Assembly: GCA_973851085.1 (NCBI GenBank) | Contig: OZ316776.1 | Span: 6,634,001 to 6,698,000 of the forward strand | DNA: 64,000 nucleotides | From: Ptychomitrium polyphyllum | Lineage: Eukaryota | Direction of reading: 5' to 3' | Part shown: piece after piece, positions 25,950 to 38,900 of the stretch | Position numbering within the stretch: position 1 is the stretch's first letter | How the letters are laid out: every line of letters starts with the position of its first letter | The notes under the pieces: generated by a model | Database searches by the model: none | What the model was told of the DNA's origin: nothing | The model's input: only the letters and a program-made list of their open reading frames with translations | Program-made: the position numbers and the translations under genes

Positions 25950-27062
25950 CTAAGGCATAAAAATTTTGTTGCCGCACTTACATCTCCAGACCTCCGGATA
26001 GTATTCCTGCTGGGTCACCGACCCTACATGCGCTGGACTGGAGCCGATGGATAGATGAATTGGAGTACATGGCACACATGACCCACACTTGCCTTGGCAT
26101 GACGGTGGAGCTGAACCCACTAATAATCTGTGCCCATAGATTATGTCATCAAGCTTCACGTTGCCAAGGAGAAGTTTCCTGTTCGCAGGTGGTGGGCTCA
26201 AGTACTCCTGCAATATACAAATCAGAGTAGGATTGGATCAGTAAGGTCGTCCAAGTTTTTGAAGAAAAGAAAGCTGTGAGTAAAACCGTTAATCCTAGTA
26301 CACATTAATACTTACAACATTATCATTTCACATGCCTCTGCAATAAGTCCTGCACTTCAGAAGTCTCTACGGATCACTATTTTTGTTTTTTTTTATTAAA
26401 ATTAAAATGATAAATTTGAAAGAGCTTGTTAAATTCTGGTGGATGCAAAAAGCTTGTCTCAAGATGCTCCCAAACAATTACCTGATAATAGTGACCATGT
26501 TTCCAAGTATTTCCTCCAAATTCAATCTCTTGTGCGCTTATCTCGACTTGGGGTGTTGGTGTCAAGCTCTCACTTAGTGGTGGAGCTAAGAAAAATCATA
26601 TACAAAAGAACAGATTAATACTAGTTGCTATCAAGCCATTCATGTCGCGTACTTCACTAGACTATGTCATAGACTATGTCATAAACGCTCGTCTCATCAA
26701 CAGAGAACTCTACAATTACTTGTATCCAACTAAACAACGTGCAAAACGTTATCACTTCCACTGCAAGTAATTAAACTCTGAGCCAGGTTGCTTTCAAACG
26801 GTTTCTGTTTCTGCAAGCTGGTTCAGAGGACTGCGATTTCATCCAATAGGAAATTAATAACGGCAGCTTCGGAATACAAATTTCGAAAGTGACTTGCTTC
26901 ATGTACATTACACTGAGTTACAAAGGAAGTCTGCTTAGTAAAGTTGAGCCGCATGCAACTGCAGAAGTACTACTCACCAGCAGGAATTAGTCTTCCAACA
27001 ACGGCTACAAAAGGAACCATTGTCAGCAGAACCAGTATCCGCCAACTGAGTGGAATTGGCAT
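25950..27062 (-). CDS. EPFL: EPF/EPFL cysteine-rich secreted peptide, EPFL4/5/6 (CHALLAH)-like, ~148 aa; exons 26978-27062, 26482-26585, 25950-26207
   Basis: Signal peptide MPIPLSWRILVLLTMVPFVAVVG. GT-AG introns with compatible phases (1, 0). Mature domain GSAPPSCQGKCGSCVPC...EYYPEVWRCKCGNKIFMP with 6 Cys. Confidence 0.92.
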
Positions 27063-30000
27063 TCTTGTGATTGGTGTCTCCAAGCTGTCTAGTTCTCGAA
27101 TCTCTCTGAAATGGTTAATCTCAAACAAGGTTCGCTTACAGGTATTAGAAAACTTCCAATTGAACAATAGTCTTTAAAACACCGATATAATAAGTACGCA
27201 CCTATCTGAAGTCATGGGTTTCAGGTCGGTAAAACAGGAACACTAGCTAGGTACTATCAGATCGTTTACTATTCCACCGTGAATTTTAGTGTGCCCAGTT
27301 TGATTCATAAGCTGGTACTCCTCTGGCTGCTGGACATCCCTGGAGAACATGTTGCGTCTGAACCAAATTTCTATCAGCTGCGGTATAAGCGGTCTGCAAT
27401 CTGTTTACTCACTACATCACGAGAGTAATTGCTTTCTGGAAAGTGCTGGTGATAGCAGAGCATCTATAAAGTACTCAAGGTATTGGTTTTGGTGGTAATC
27501 AAATATCGCACACATTGCTAAAAAAAAACAGTATCGTTGTTGCACATAGCTGCAGTGGAGGTAAGAGCTGACTCGCCAGATAGACAAGGTGTGAGTTTCA
27601 TACTACCAGTGACACCGTGACCAACATATTGTTCACCCTCAATATAGAGCATCCAACAAGAGCTATCTTTGGTACAAACAATGAATATATACTTATGAAG
27701 GTGTCCTGTCCCTCTTGAGTATTTCCTTTCCTTTCCTCCTGGGCCTGTGTGTCTTCCCACTCAATGAAATGTAATTGATGCAGGTGTTTGCTGTGATGAG
27801 CCTCTTATCCCTAGATGCCCTACAGCCTCATCACTCGAACTCCTCCAGCTCTTCTACTTATGTCAGAGAAATTCATTGACTTCCAGTACACGCCATTGCC
27901 CGCCTACAATCAAAACAATCACCACCCAGCCGTGTGGATATGATCCCAATGACAAACCGAGGAGCTCCACTAGTTTGCTCCTTCGCCCAAACTTCGTCTC
28001 AGCTAGCTTGTATACAGCAGGGTTAAGATGAGTTGAGAAAACACGAAACGCAACCTCCCACTGAAAGGGCTGGGCAGTGATCAAGAGCTGGAAGTGGTAC
28101 AATTGTAGTTTCCTGTATCACTCATGGAACCGCCAGGACAACAGCACCCCCAGTTCTGACAATGTTGTAACACTCGAGTAAGTTACCCTGTGCAGCTTTG
28201 GTACGTCCCAGTCAACAAGTGCTCCTCTTTCTTGTCTGTCGCTCCATAACATATTACTCATTTTCATTTCTACCGTTACCGCAGCTCCTTTTTATATTTT
28301 CCGGCAGGGGAAGGAATTTTCAAAGGTTCTAAAAATCGGGGTTCTCCCACTTTCTGACTTGAGTTTGAAGTAGGTAATGATTTAAAGTTCTGTTAGATTT
28401 TCTTCTGTGTATGACTTTTCACCTTCACAGGCAGCCTGATGAAGAAGAAAGCAACCTGAAATATTAGCAGAAATGCAGCTCTTGCGAAAAGGAATGAAAC
28501 ATGCATATTTAGCGTGTTTTTGCTTGAAGCAGCCCGCTGATACATATGTGTATATGTTTTAAAAGTTCCTGCGCTGAGGTTAATATCCTTGTCATTCGGA
28601 TGATTTCTGCATTTCAGTCATGCCAGGAGCTCCACATTCTTCCCATTTTCTAAAGGCGTCTGTTCTGTCTCCTTGCTGTGCACTCTTCCTGTGTTTGACT
28701 TGGGGCATTCCTACATCCTCTTTCTGGTGGAACACTTTTTCTGAAGTGGGCATACTACTCAAGCCCAAGTTGAGCAAGTGCTTCATTGAACCATAGTCAT
28801 TTTGGTGCTTGCTTTTCAGCCTTCAAGATGCACTTGGTGGTTGGGTGAGCAGTAAGTACTACATTAATGTAGTCTATCCTTATCACATATCAGTTTTTGA
28901 AAGGTGCATTCAGTAGCTAACCATGTGTTCTGCTTAACAATTAACGGCCTCCGCCCATCAATGAAAATAGATCATACTTTTTGTAGGTCATTTAAATCAT
29001 ATGAATATATACGAATTTTATTTTTTTTATTCATATTTTTAATATTTTTTTCCCTTCATATGCAATAATTGAAATAGGAAATTATTATGATATTTTGTAT
29101 AATGAACCAGCAAGATTTATAAGTAAAATGTCTTAGACAAATATTTTCAGTGTCACTTGGTAGTTTCATCGCCAATTGAAATTTTAAAAATATGGATGAG
29201 GATTATGGATACAAATTTCAAAACAGATATGTAAATAAAAAGTAACATGTTTAAGCATTAACTTGTGTGTTCACACTTACTTTTTGAAGACTGTGGTAAG
29301 ATATGAGTGCACAATGATACCCATTGATAGCCTTGTAAAGCCAAAGCCCAGTCAAGAGGATCATTGGAGACTAGGACCACCATCAGCCTGTCTTCTTTCT
29401 TCAAATGATATCAGACCTCATTTTCAAGGTAGAGTTGCATTTTCTTGTTTCTTTTTCTCTCTTTTTTGCTTTTTCTCTTTTTTGAAATCTAGAAGTAATA
29501 TTTTCTAAATTCCTGAGCTAGAAACACCTTGAACCAATCATTTCAGCTCTGTCCTTGACACGAGCCTGACTGATTGGTTTTACCATCTTTTGCTCACAGA
29601 TTGGACAAAGGTAGTGTTTGATTTGAGACTAATAACATATAATCTTATGTTACCAGTCCTAAGAAATAGGATGTAGGTTTTAGTTTTCTACTTCAATTCA
29701 AAATCGAAATTAGAATTGTTGAAAATAAAAACAAAAATATCTAAAAACTTTAAAATATTAAATAACTTTGAGGATTGAGAGTTGATTGCTGATATTTGTA
29801 AGCAAAGCTATTTGCTCATGTGTCGTGATTGTTGATGGGCTTGGTACTTGGTGCCGTGACTTAGTTGTGGCAACCAATTTGACTAAGGATGAGGAGGCAG
29901 CAGTAAGCAATGGGAGACTCCTAGTGAGGGGGAAGTAACTGTGTGAGCGGAAAGCGAGCAGTTGCTGTCAGCACTTTTTTGCATTCTTTTTCTAAAATTT

Positions 30001-31999
30001 TACTAATTTTATAATTTTAGGGTAGAAGAAAAACCTATAATCCTAAATGACTATGGAGTTTTTGAATTTTTTCTTTCTTTCATAGTTCGTAGAATGTAAG
30101 ACCATGCAAACTACCATGAAATTTAGGCTCTACCTAATCCCATGGTTGTCCTACAACTTACTTGTAAGACAAACTCTCAATACCAAGAATTTAATTCTTG
30201 TGACATTTGTGATTTGCAATAGTGCATAATTAAATCCAATAAGTTTAGAACTTTGTTGTTGCTTGCAATTTGCTTCCATGTTTGGATTTCTAGTAGAAAG
30301 CCAACTTACTTATTCAAAAGGGCTTGGCAAAACACACACCATGAATTTTTCTAGCTAAAAAAATGATATGAACAAAGTGAATTGTAACAAATGCTTGTAA
30401 GTCAATCCTTTAAAACCAAGAGTTTATTTTCCACATCATGATGTAAATGAATTTTTGAAAAAATAATATTAATATTATGGTTTGTTAATGTTTTCAAAAT
30501 TATAGATTGATTCAATATGTGAGCCTTGGCTACATTAAAATATATTTAAAAGCAAAAAACAACAATTTAAATAAATCCAAACTTGAAAAATTCAAAACTA
30601 CTATAGAATATAATGGTTTGAAATATAAGCATTTCTGAATTTGCACCTTGTTGTTAATTTCCATGAGTGATGGCAAGTGCAATTCTACAATTGCTTGTAA
30701 TTTAAATTCTTGGAGTCCAAAGTTAAAATATCCATAATATTAAAAATTCTACATTAAATTTGACCATGATTCATAAGAAGTTTAAGGCATAAGAATTACA
30801 AAGTTTGCATGAAAAATAATATTTCAATGCCAAGATTTAAATAACAATGAATTTCCAAATTAGCTATTATGCTAATCCAGAAGAATGCCATTGATTCAAA
30901 TTGCTATTAAAAAACTAACATCTAAGATAAATCAAAATTTTAGTGCCAAGAATTTAAATTTTGTTAAAAATTTTCATTTCATAATACCATACATCACTTT
31001 GCAATACTAGCAACAACTTTGAAAACAATTGAAATTCAAACCTTTGCTACTAAAGGATTGAATTTCAAACCCTTTTGTAAAGAAAATCTTTATGAAATTT
31101 GTTGTAATTCAATTGTTTGGTGCCAAAAATTTGATTTTTAACAAACTTCATGAAAATAAGAATTTTTATCAAAGAACAATACAACCTCTTCTAAAAAATG
31201 TAGCATCATAACAACATCTTACTAGATTCAACCAACATTGATTTTGGTAACTAATGCTTTCCAAATTTTTTTAAAAAATAAACTCTTGGTGCCAAAAATT
31301 TAATTTATAAGTATTACTTAAAATCCACAATGTCCACAATTTAAAGACACTATTTTACTTCACTACATTCAAAATAATATAAATTTCCTTAAAATATTAT
31401 TCTTAGTTCTTGGAATTTCATTAACATCTAAATTTTGGAATTTATTTCTTACTATTTTTAAAATATATTTTTGCAATTTTTACTTTTTAAACTTTAAATA
31501 TCACAAAAACTAAATCCTTAGCATTAAGGCTTCAAGAACACAAAAACTTCCCAATCGGAGTGCCGTCTGAGATATTGGAGACAACACTGCCATCAAATTT
31601 TATTCCTAGAATACCATGGCTGCTCTAAACTTCTTACTATGTATAACCTTAAATTCTAGAAATTCTTGCACAATTTGGCAATGACTAAATACAAAAAGAA
31701 CTTGTTTTTCTTTAAGCTGCAAAAATACCTTATTTATGCTATTGATTTGGATTGCAAAAGAAACAATAGACAATGTGTGTTCTTTCCTTGCTCAAACCTT
31801 CTTTTGCCTTTCTCTACCAACTCTTGATGTCAATGTTTCATAATGTATCTTGTATTGTACCACCCTTTGAGGTCTAATTATTGCCAACTATAATTAATGG
31901 ACATTCCAATAGGTATTCAATGTTCTAAGAGTATAATGATTTAACACTGATACTAAAGTCATCAATAATTTTTATTTGAAATACATTCTTTTAAACGTG

Positions 32000-32905
32000 T
32001 ATGCCTTTGCGCTAAAAAACTGTATTGTGAAACTTCTCTTTGTCTTCCTCCTTGAATTGCACAACACTAATATTAAAAATACTACTTAAAATCAAATTAA
32101 TGTACCAGCCAAGCTCAAAGATGATTTGTATGACAAGTATAGACATCCTCTTTTCCACTGTATTCAACTACTTTCATCTTGAGCACATTAGATTTGGCAT
32201 TGGCTAAAGCAACCTTGTGTCTTAAAGGTCATGCTGCATCTTTCACTACATTACTTGGTTGTAATAGATAGTAAGAGCACTTGGCTCATTCTTGTGTTTG
32301 AGATTTCATGTGCACATCTAATCTGTCTACATTGAAGAAGAGATCTTTAATGAAGATGGTTTTTTTCAATTCATACTCCAATTATACATTAAAAGAAAGA
32401 ATTAGGGATTATGGATGTCAACCCCTAAACAATACAAAGTATTAGATGTTTTTAATGTTGAACATAGATGTTCTTATTAAACTCTTTGCTTTTGGTTGGT
32501 CAACAATCTTTGCTGTCAACTTCACCTTCTTCCCCAGTTCTATGCTTTCCACCCATCCATCTTCCATTACTAAAATTCTTCAACAACGTCTAGCATCTAG
32601 TCATCCTAACATCATTTTTTGCTTTCAGAGGTTTGGTATTGGAAACGCAAGAAACAAAGAATTAGACAAGATGTGGTCTCAAGAGTTAGTCTATAAAGGA
32701 TTACTAGATAATAAGAATTAGTCCAAAGAACTCAACAAAAAGCAACACAATGGATGTGCTCCACAACTTGTGTCACTAAGATTGAGGTGTACTTCCTTTT
32801 GCCTCTAATTTATACCATAAAATCAATTCTTCTTAGTATACATCTAAAAAACTTCCTATGAAGATCCTAAGTATGTGGAAGCTAATGGAAGGTTCTGGAA
32901 CCAGG
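32000..32905. mobile_element. Decayed LTR-retrotransposon fragment (LTR-like plus adjacent internal sequence)
   Basis: LTR-like motifs (GAAGC/GGAAGGTTCTGGAA) similar in style to the other LTRs here. No intact ORF. Confidence 0.3.
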
Positions 32906-34589
32906 CTTGCTAGGATTTGCCTCATTGATTCAAGAGCCAGAAGGTAAGTTGCTGATACCACCATCCTGAACTTTGTTCAGACATTTCCAACTGGCATATC
33001 AAACTGGAACTCGTTTGTCATGGTGATTCCCATTTCTCAACCTTGCAAAGTGCTCAACATAGATGTATTCATATGGGATGATATGTGGTATTGATTGTGT
33101 CCAGATGAGTACTCTCAACATGCACACACCCATGGATTAGAAGTCACATTGACTGCTGTATTTCAAATCTGTTAACACATAACTCACTCATTCAAGGGTT
33201 CAAAGGATCTGAACGTACAATGTGCACATCTGTAATATCAAGTTACAATATATGTAGTTGAGCCCTGAAACAATGAACTTACTTTACATGGATAATTAGC
33301 AAGACTTTGGTTTTGGATTTTGAATAATCACTTGTATTTGCAATACATATCTTGAGTACATCAGATCTAAAGGTCCCTTGTATCAATTGGTGGGTGCAGT
33401 GAAGGGCTACAGGTGATGCATGAAATGCAGAGTTCATGGTTTATTATGCACAACTGGAATTTTTTTGTAAAATTAAAATGTGTCAAAGTCCTGTTTTCAC
33501 ACTTGCCTATAACTCTATGAGGTCTCAAAATTCAAGAATTCCAAAATTCAGAAATTGAAATTTAGAAACAACAAATCCCAAAATGTTAACATTTGTACAT
33601 AAAAATAAAAATAAAAATTCAGTTGATTGAGGCCATCATTTTATATTTTGTGAATTTGAGGTGCACTTTTGCACTATACCATGTATTGCTTTTTGATATA
33701 ACCTGTACAAACTGATAAAAATTTCACTTCTGCAATTGTTACTTTTCCCATCACTTTCATTTTATATCCTAGATTTCCAAGAAATTGGCTCCATGATGTA
33801 ACAGGACTCCTTTTCAAAGAAAGATATATTTATGAGTTCTTTTAATTAGTGCAAAGACAAAATTAATATTGTACAATAGATTGAAAGCACAACAGTGAAA
33901 TATTGGTGACTTTCTTTGAAAGAGAATTGGGTTGTTTTCATTTTGGCATACTTTTAGCTCCCTTTCAACAATGGAATTGGAAATTTTCTTTCACTAATTA
34001 TAAAAAAATGCATACTTATTTACACATAAAATTAAATAATTAAAATTTGACCAAACTATCTTGTCAGATTAATTTAATAAAGAACCATGGATATCTTGCT
34101 TTTTATGAAAATGAGGTGAAAGTGAAGTATAAATACAATAAATAAGAGAGAATGTTTTAAAATCTCTTTTGTAACCATGCAAAATAGTGTCTAGAGAAAG
34201 GAAAAATAATCCTAATTTATTTGATATAAAAAAGTTTTTAAATTTTTTTAAAAAGCTTTATAATTATATAAGTTATTTTTGTATATTAAAATTAAAAGTA
34301 TTGCATAAATTAGATGAAATTGGTGTATTTTAGTTATAAATGATGTGAAAAATAAATAAATAAATGAATAAATTTTTTAAATAATTTACGCTTTAGAATT
34401 ATCCATTAAATTTTCAAAATCCGTTTCAAAACAATTTATTTTCATGAACACATAGAAAAATCTTTAGAAGGCATAACAAAGGAGATATGAACAAAAAAAA
34501 AGGAGAAGAAAAACTCAACATAATTGAAAATTTACTTTTAAAGGGATTTTTGGAATGTATTTGTATTGTTGACATGAACAAGGAGTTTG

Positions 34590-35260
34590 TCTCACAAACA
34601 TAGATCATGCAACATAGATTTTAGAACCTTATAGAATCTTTAGGTGTATTATAATAGCTTTTTAAAATACTTTCAATGCTTCCATAGCCATTCCACCTCT
34701 TTAAAAAACCTCTTTTGAAGATTCCACCACATTAAAAAACTTCCTAGGAAAGTTCTATTCTTTTAAAAAACTTCTTAAGATGGTTCCAACTCTTTGAGAA
34801 ATTTCTTAGAAAAATTCCATAGACTTCTAGAACATTCTTAAGCTTCATACAAAGCTTTTTTAGAAGTATCTTAGGAAATATAAGCTTCTCTAGAAGTATC
34901 CTAGAGAAGACAAGGTATATCTTAGTCTTGCCAACACAAATTGTGGATCATATTGCAATGTGCTCTTGTTCTTGTTTTTGTATCAATTTTTGTTTATCAT
35001 TGATTCTTTAGAAGCTAATTCTTGAAAATTCCTTTATGTCTGCTTCTTGTCTTTAATGTTCCTAATAGTGTGCATGTCTTGAGTGAAGTCTACATTGTGC
35101 TATGAATTCCAACCTTGAAAAAACTTAGAGTTTGCGACGCTCTTTGCATGTGGATGAATTGACTTGTCCAATGAGATCCATTGATAGCTTGGAAGTAGCT
35201 ACTACGGGCCGCTAAAACATCATCAACTTTTAAATATTGCACACATTTTGATTTGCATGG
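34590..35260. mobile_element. Decayed LTR-like sequence plus adjacent internal remnant
   Basis: Repeated CTTC(C/T)TAGAA/AAGCTT motifs ending ...CTTGCCAACACA at ~34938. Confidence 0.35.
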
Positions 35261-35452
35261 GTGGGTCAGATTAGATTGAAATAAAGATAGAGTTTGTTGG
35301 CCATGAAATCAAAAGGATGAAGATGTGAAGGAAATGAAGATGAAAATAATAGAAGAATTTTTTATATATTGAACAATGGTGTTGTATAGCAAGTGGTAGC
35401 AGAAAGAGTTTTGTTTTGCAGCTAATTATGATGTAGAGTAGAAGCAGCACTA

Positions 35453-35942
35453 TGTTACGGACAAAGTAACCACAAGACAAGGTTCCAGGATTCTAGAATG
35501 TGGAATAAGATAAGTTCAAGTATATTAGAGGTAAAGAGCTACAACAAGGCACAAAAGACAAGGCCAGAAGGTTTGAAGTAGACCACAAGAAATGCGTTGT
35601 TGATACTGAAGAGTTCTTCAGCCTTGACTTCTATGTATACTAGAACTACAAGCCTTAGAAGCCTTAGAAGTTTCTTGAGAAGCTTCACTTATATTACTTT
35701 GTACTCAAGCAACCTTGAGTTACTTCCACGGAAGTTTCCTAGGTCGAGGTAATTTCCTTGGAAGCTTCCTAAACCAAGGCAACTTCCTTGGAAGCTTTCT
35801 CAGCCAAAGCAACTTCTTTGGAAGCTTCCTAACTCAAAGGTAACTTCCTTGGAAGCTTCCTAAATCCAAGGTAATTTCTTTAAAAGCTTCCTAAATCTTC
35901 TAAGAACCTTTCTAGATGCTTCTAATATGGATGTCCATCACA
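35453..35942. mobile_element. Solo LTR (490 bp)
   Basis: TGTTACGGACA...TGTCCATCACA imperfect inverted termini, perfect 5-bp TSD CACTA (35448-35452 and 35943-35947), internal ~30-bp tandem array. Confidence 0.9.
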
Positions 35943-38900
35943 CACTATGTAGTTAAGTCTTCATCTGTGTTAGGCCTTCTTTGTTTTTAGGATGCATCTT
36001 ACTTTGGATTTGGTTTTAGGAAATTTTTATAACTTGTCATTTTACAAAATACACACAATACATCATTGTTTTCTTATAATCCACTCTCCAATAATTATTC
36101 ACAAAGTAGATGAATTTTTAAACAATTATTTTTATTGACAATAATTATTCTTCAAAAAGGTAGTACTTAAAAGGTAAACTCATAGTTCATGTTGTAATCC
36201 AAGAATGAGGTCTACATTTTTATGTAGGAATGAGAATTACAATATGGAAGAACTGAGGATGAGGAATGGGGATTAAAAGAGTTGATATCAACAATGGCAA
36301 AAGGACAAGAAAGTCAATAAGCATTAAAGATGCAAATTGAACCATAAAATATTTTTACATGACTATTTTACATATTGAATGGGAATAATACCCACAAGGT
36401 GTGGTGTTCTTAAATTGAAAAAAACAACCTTTCAAATCTATACCTTTTAAATGTTTTATTTAAACAAAATAACTAATTTTATTATTTTTTGAAATCTAAA
36501 TTTAAATCATCATTCTTTAGTATCATTGACTGATTCCCGTTTGGTATGTAGGGAAAGAATGAATTTAATTATGTTATATAATATTGGATTAATATGCTTT
36601 GGCATATCTAATAATTTAGAACAATGTGGTTTGAGAAATTTAAGTCTTTTTTAAGAAATAAGGGTTTTATAAACATTGTTGCAAAGTGAATAAGCTTAGT
36701 AAAAAAAAATAGTGGTATTCCAAGAAATAGATGAAAGTTTGTGTTTTTGGTATAAAACACATTATTTGTTGTTGATTTGAGTGCATGTTTATTAGACTCT
36801 TTGAAAGATTCTTAAATTCAAATGTTTGTTAAAAAGACAAAAAATTTAATAAAGATCAATAAAAGATTAATCTACAATAATAGATTGAATGCTAGTGAAT
36901 ACCAATCTCAAAAATGGACATGGTTCTATTGCTGACATATAATAATACTTCAAATTTACATAATTTTGTACAAAATTGAAATAAACTTTGGAATCCAAGA
37001 GATTTTCATAACCAAGTGGATAGTATTGAATTCTATTTTGTATTTGTAAGTAGCTCATTTACAAATACAAATCTTGTAATAATGGGTGATAATTTAAGAA
37101 ATGCCCATAGAAATAATCTAGCCATATTTGTAGTGAAGATGTGTATTAATAATGCACATTATGTATAAAACATATTCCTTATACTAAACAATGAAAAGAA
37201 GGTGCACAAAAATGAATAACATGAGAATTTTTTTAATAATTATTTAATTAGTCATTTGTAACTTTATTTTAGGCATCTAATTATCAATTGATTTTCAAAA
37301 AATCAGAATTTCATGTGACCTTTTTCAATGCTAGAAGTACCAATATTATTTTGTAAATTTATTGCAAATAAACAATGTTGCTATCCAATATCACTTGCAT
37401 CCAAAGATGGTAACTCAATTTTATTTTTTTTCTATAAAAAAAATTACCTTCGTAGTTACCCAATTCATAAAATTTTGTAATTTTTATATGTATTGGTACT
37501 ATGTGACATGTGCACCTTGTCAACAATGGTATTAAATATATATGGACCATTGAATATTTTAATTTATTTTATAATGCACAAAGGATCTTTAAATATTTAT
37601 ATAACATAAGAATAATATTAAAATGGTAAAAGTGGCTTCTAAAATCAAATTTATTAATGAACCAATCCACGCTTTTTCAAAATAATGCTCAAAAACTCAA
37701 CTAGTTTAAGCAGCCATTACATCTTGAAGTGATAGCATTTAACATAAGTTTCTATATTATTATAAAAGTGAAACAATAAAATTTAAAAAATAATAATAAT
37801 AAAACCAAAACCCTTAAAAATCAGTAAATATTAAATAATAAATATTTAAAATATAAAATTTAAAGAACTAATAATAAAAATTAATAATAGTTGATATAAA
37901 TAAGAATAAAAACAATAATAAATATTATATAATAAATAATAAACTATAAAAAATAATTTATAAATGCTAGTGAATGGATGGATGGATGGACAAACAAAGA
38001 TTTCAAATAAGATTAGAGTATAAGGTTCTTTTGGTACTTTGTACAAAATCTTTAATAGTACATGGGTATAATTTACACACTTTGGAAATAATACACCTTT
38101 AAGAGGCATATGTAAATGACTTATTGTGCTATCAAATAAAATTATATTAATATAAATACAAACAAATAAAATAGATAATTTTTGTAAATGGAATAGAATA
38201 AACATAAATGTTCATAAATGGGCTTTCATTGATTTTCCAAATAAATCCAAAATAAACATTCAAGCCTTCAAAATTCAATTGAAGCTAATAATATCAACCA
38301 TAGAAATACACCTCGTTATTATTATTACATCAAATTAGATCTTATATAAACCTTAGCATACATCTAGTTTCATCATTCAAATTTATGTGTATTCAAATTA
38401 TTGCAAAAATTATTAAATAATATTAATGATTTATTGTCTATTTGTTTGCAATAAAAAAGAATAAAGATGAAAAATATAGTTATTTTTCCTACAATTGCAT
38501 ATAGCTTCTTTGTAATTCTTTATTTGTAAGCAGTTATAAAAAAACTTAATAAAAAGGTATTAATCTTAAAAAAAGAAATATATGAATTCATACTAGGAAT
38601 ACTAAATGTTGATACACTATTGCCACATGTTTGGAATGAAATTTTTAATACTAAAAAATGATTATTTCACATGAATTGAGAAATAATTTAACAAAGTCTC
38701 TATCCATACAAAAATACTAGGAAATTTTATATTTGCTTATTACATTACAATTTGCAAAATAGAAAGACATGTTACACATCACAGACATAATTCATCATGA
38801 ATTTTGTTAATCACCCATCACTTGTATTATTTTCATTAAAAAAATTCAAGGTATCCATCTTCAAAGTGAAATAGCCATTTTTTTTCTTACATCTACTATT

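Noticed and set aside
27700..27750. miR390-like target site (GGTGTCCTGTCCCTCTTGAG) suggesting a TAS3 locus
   Set aside because: Several mismatches and a bulge, no convincing second site at the expected spacing, and no tasiARF sequence seen.
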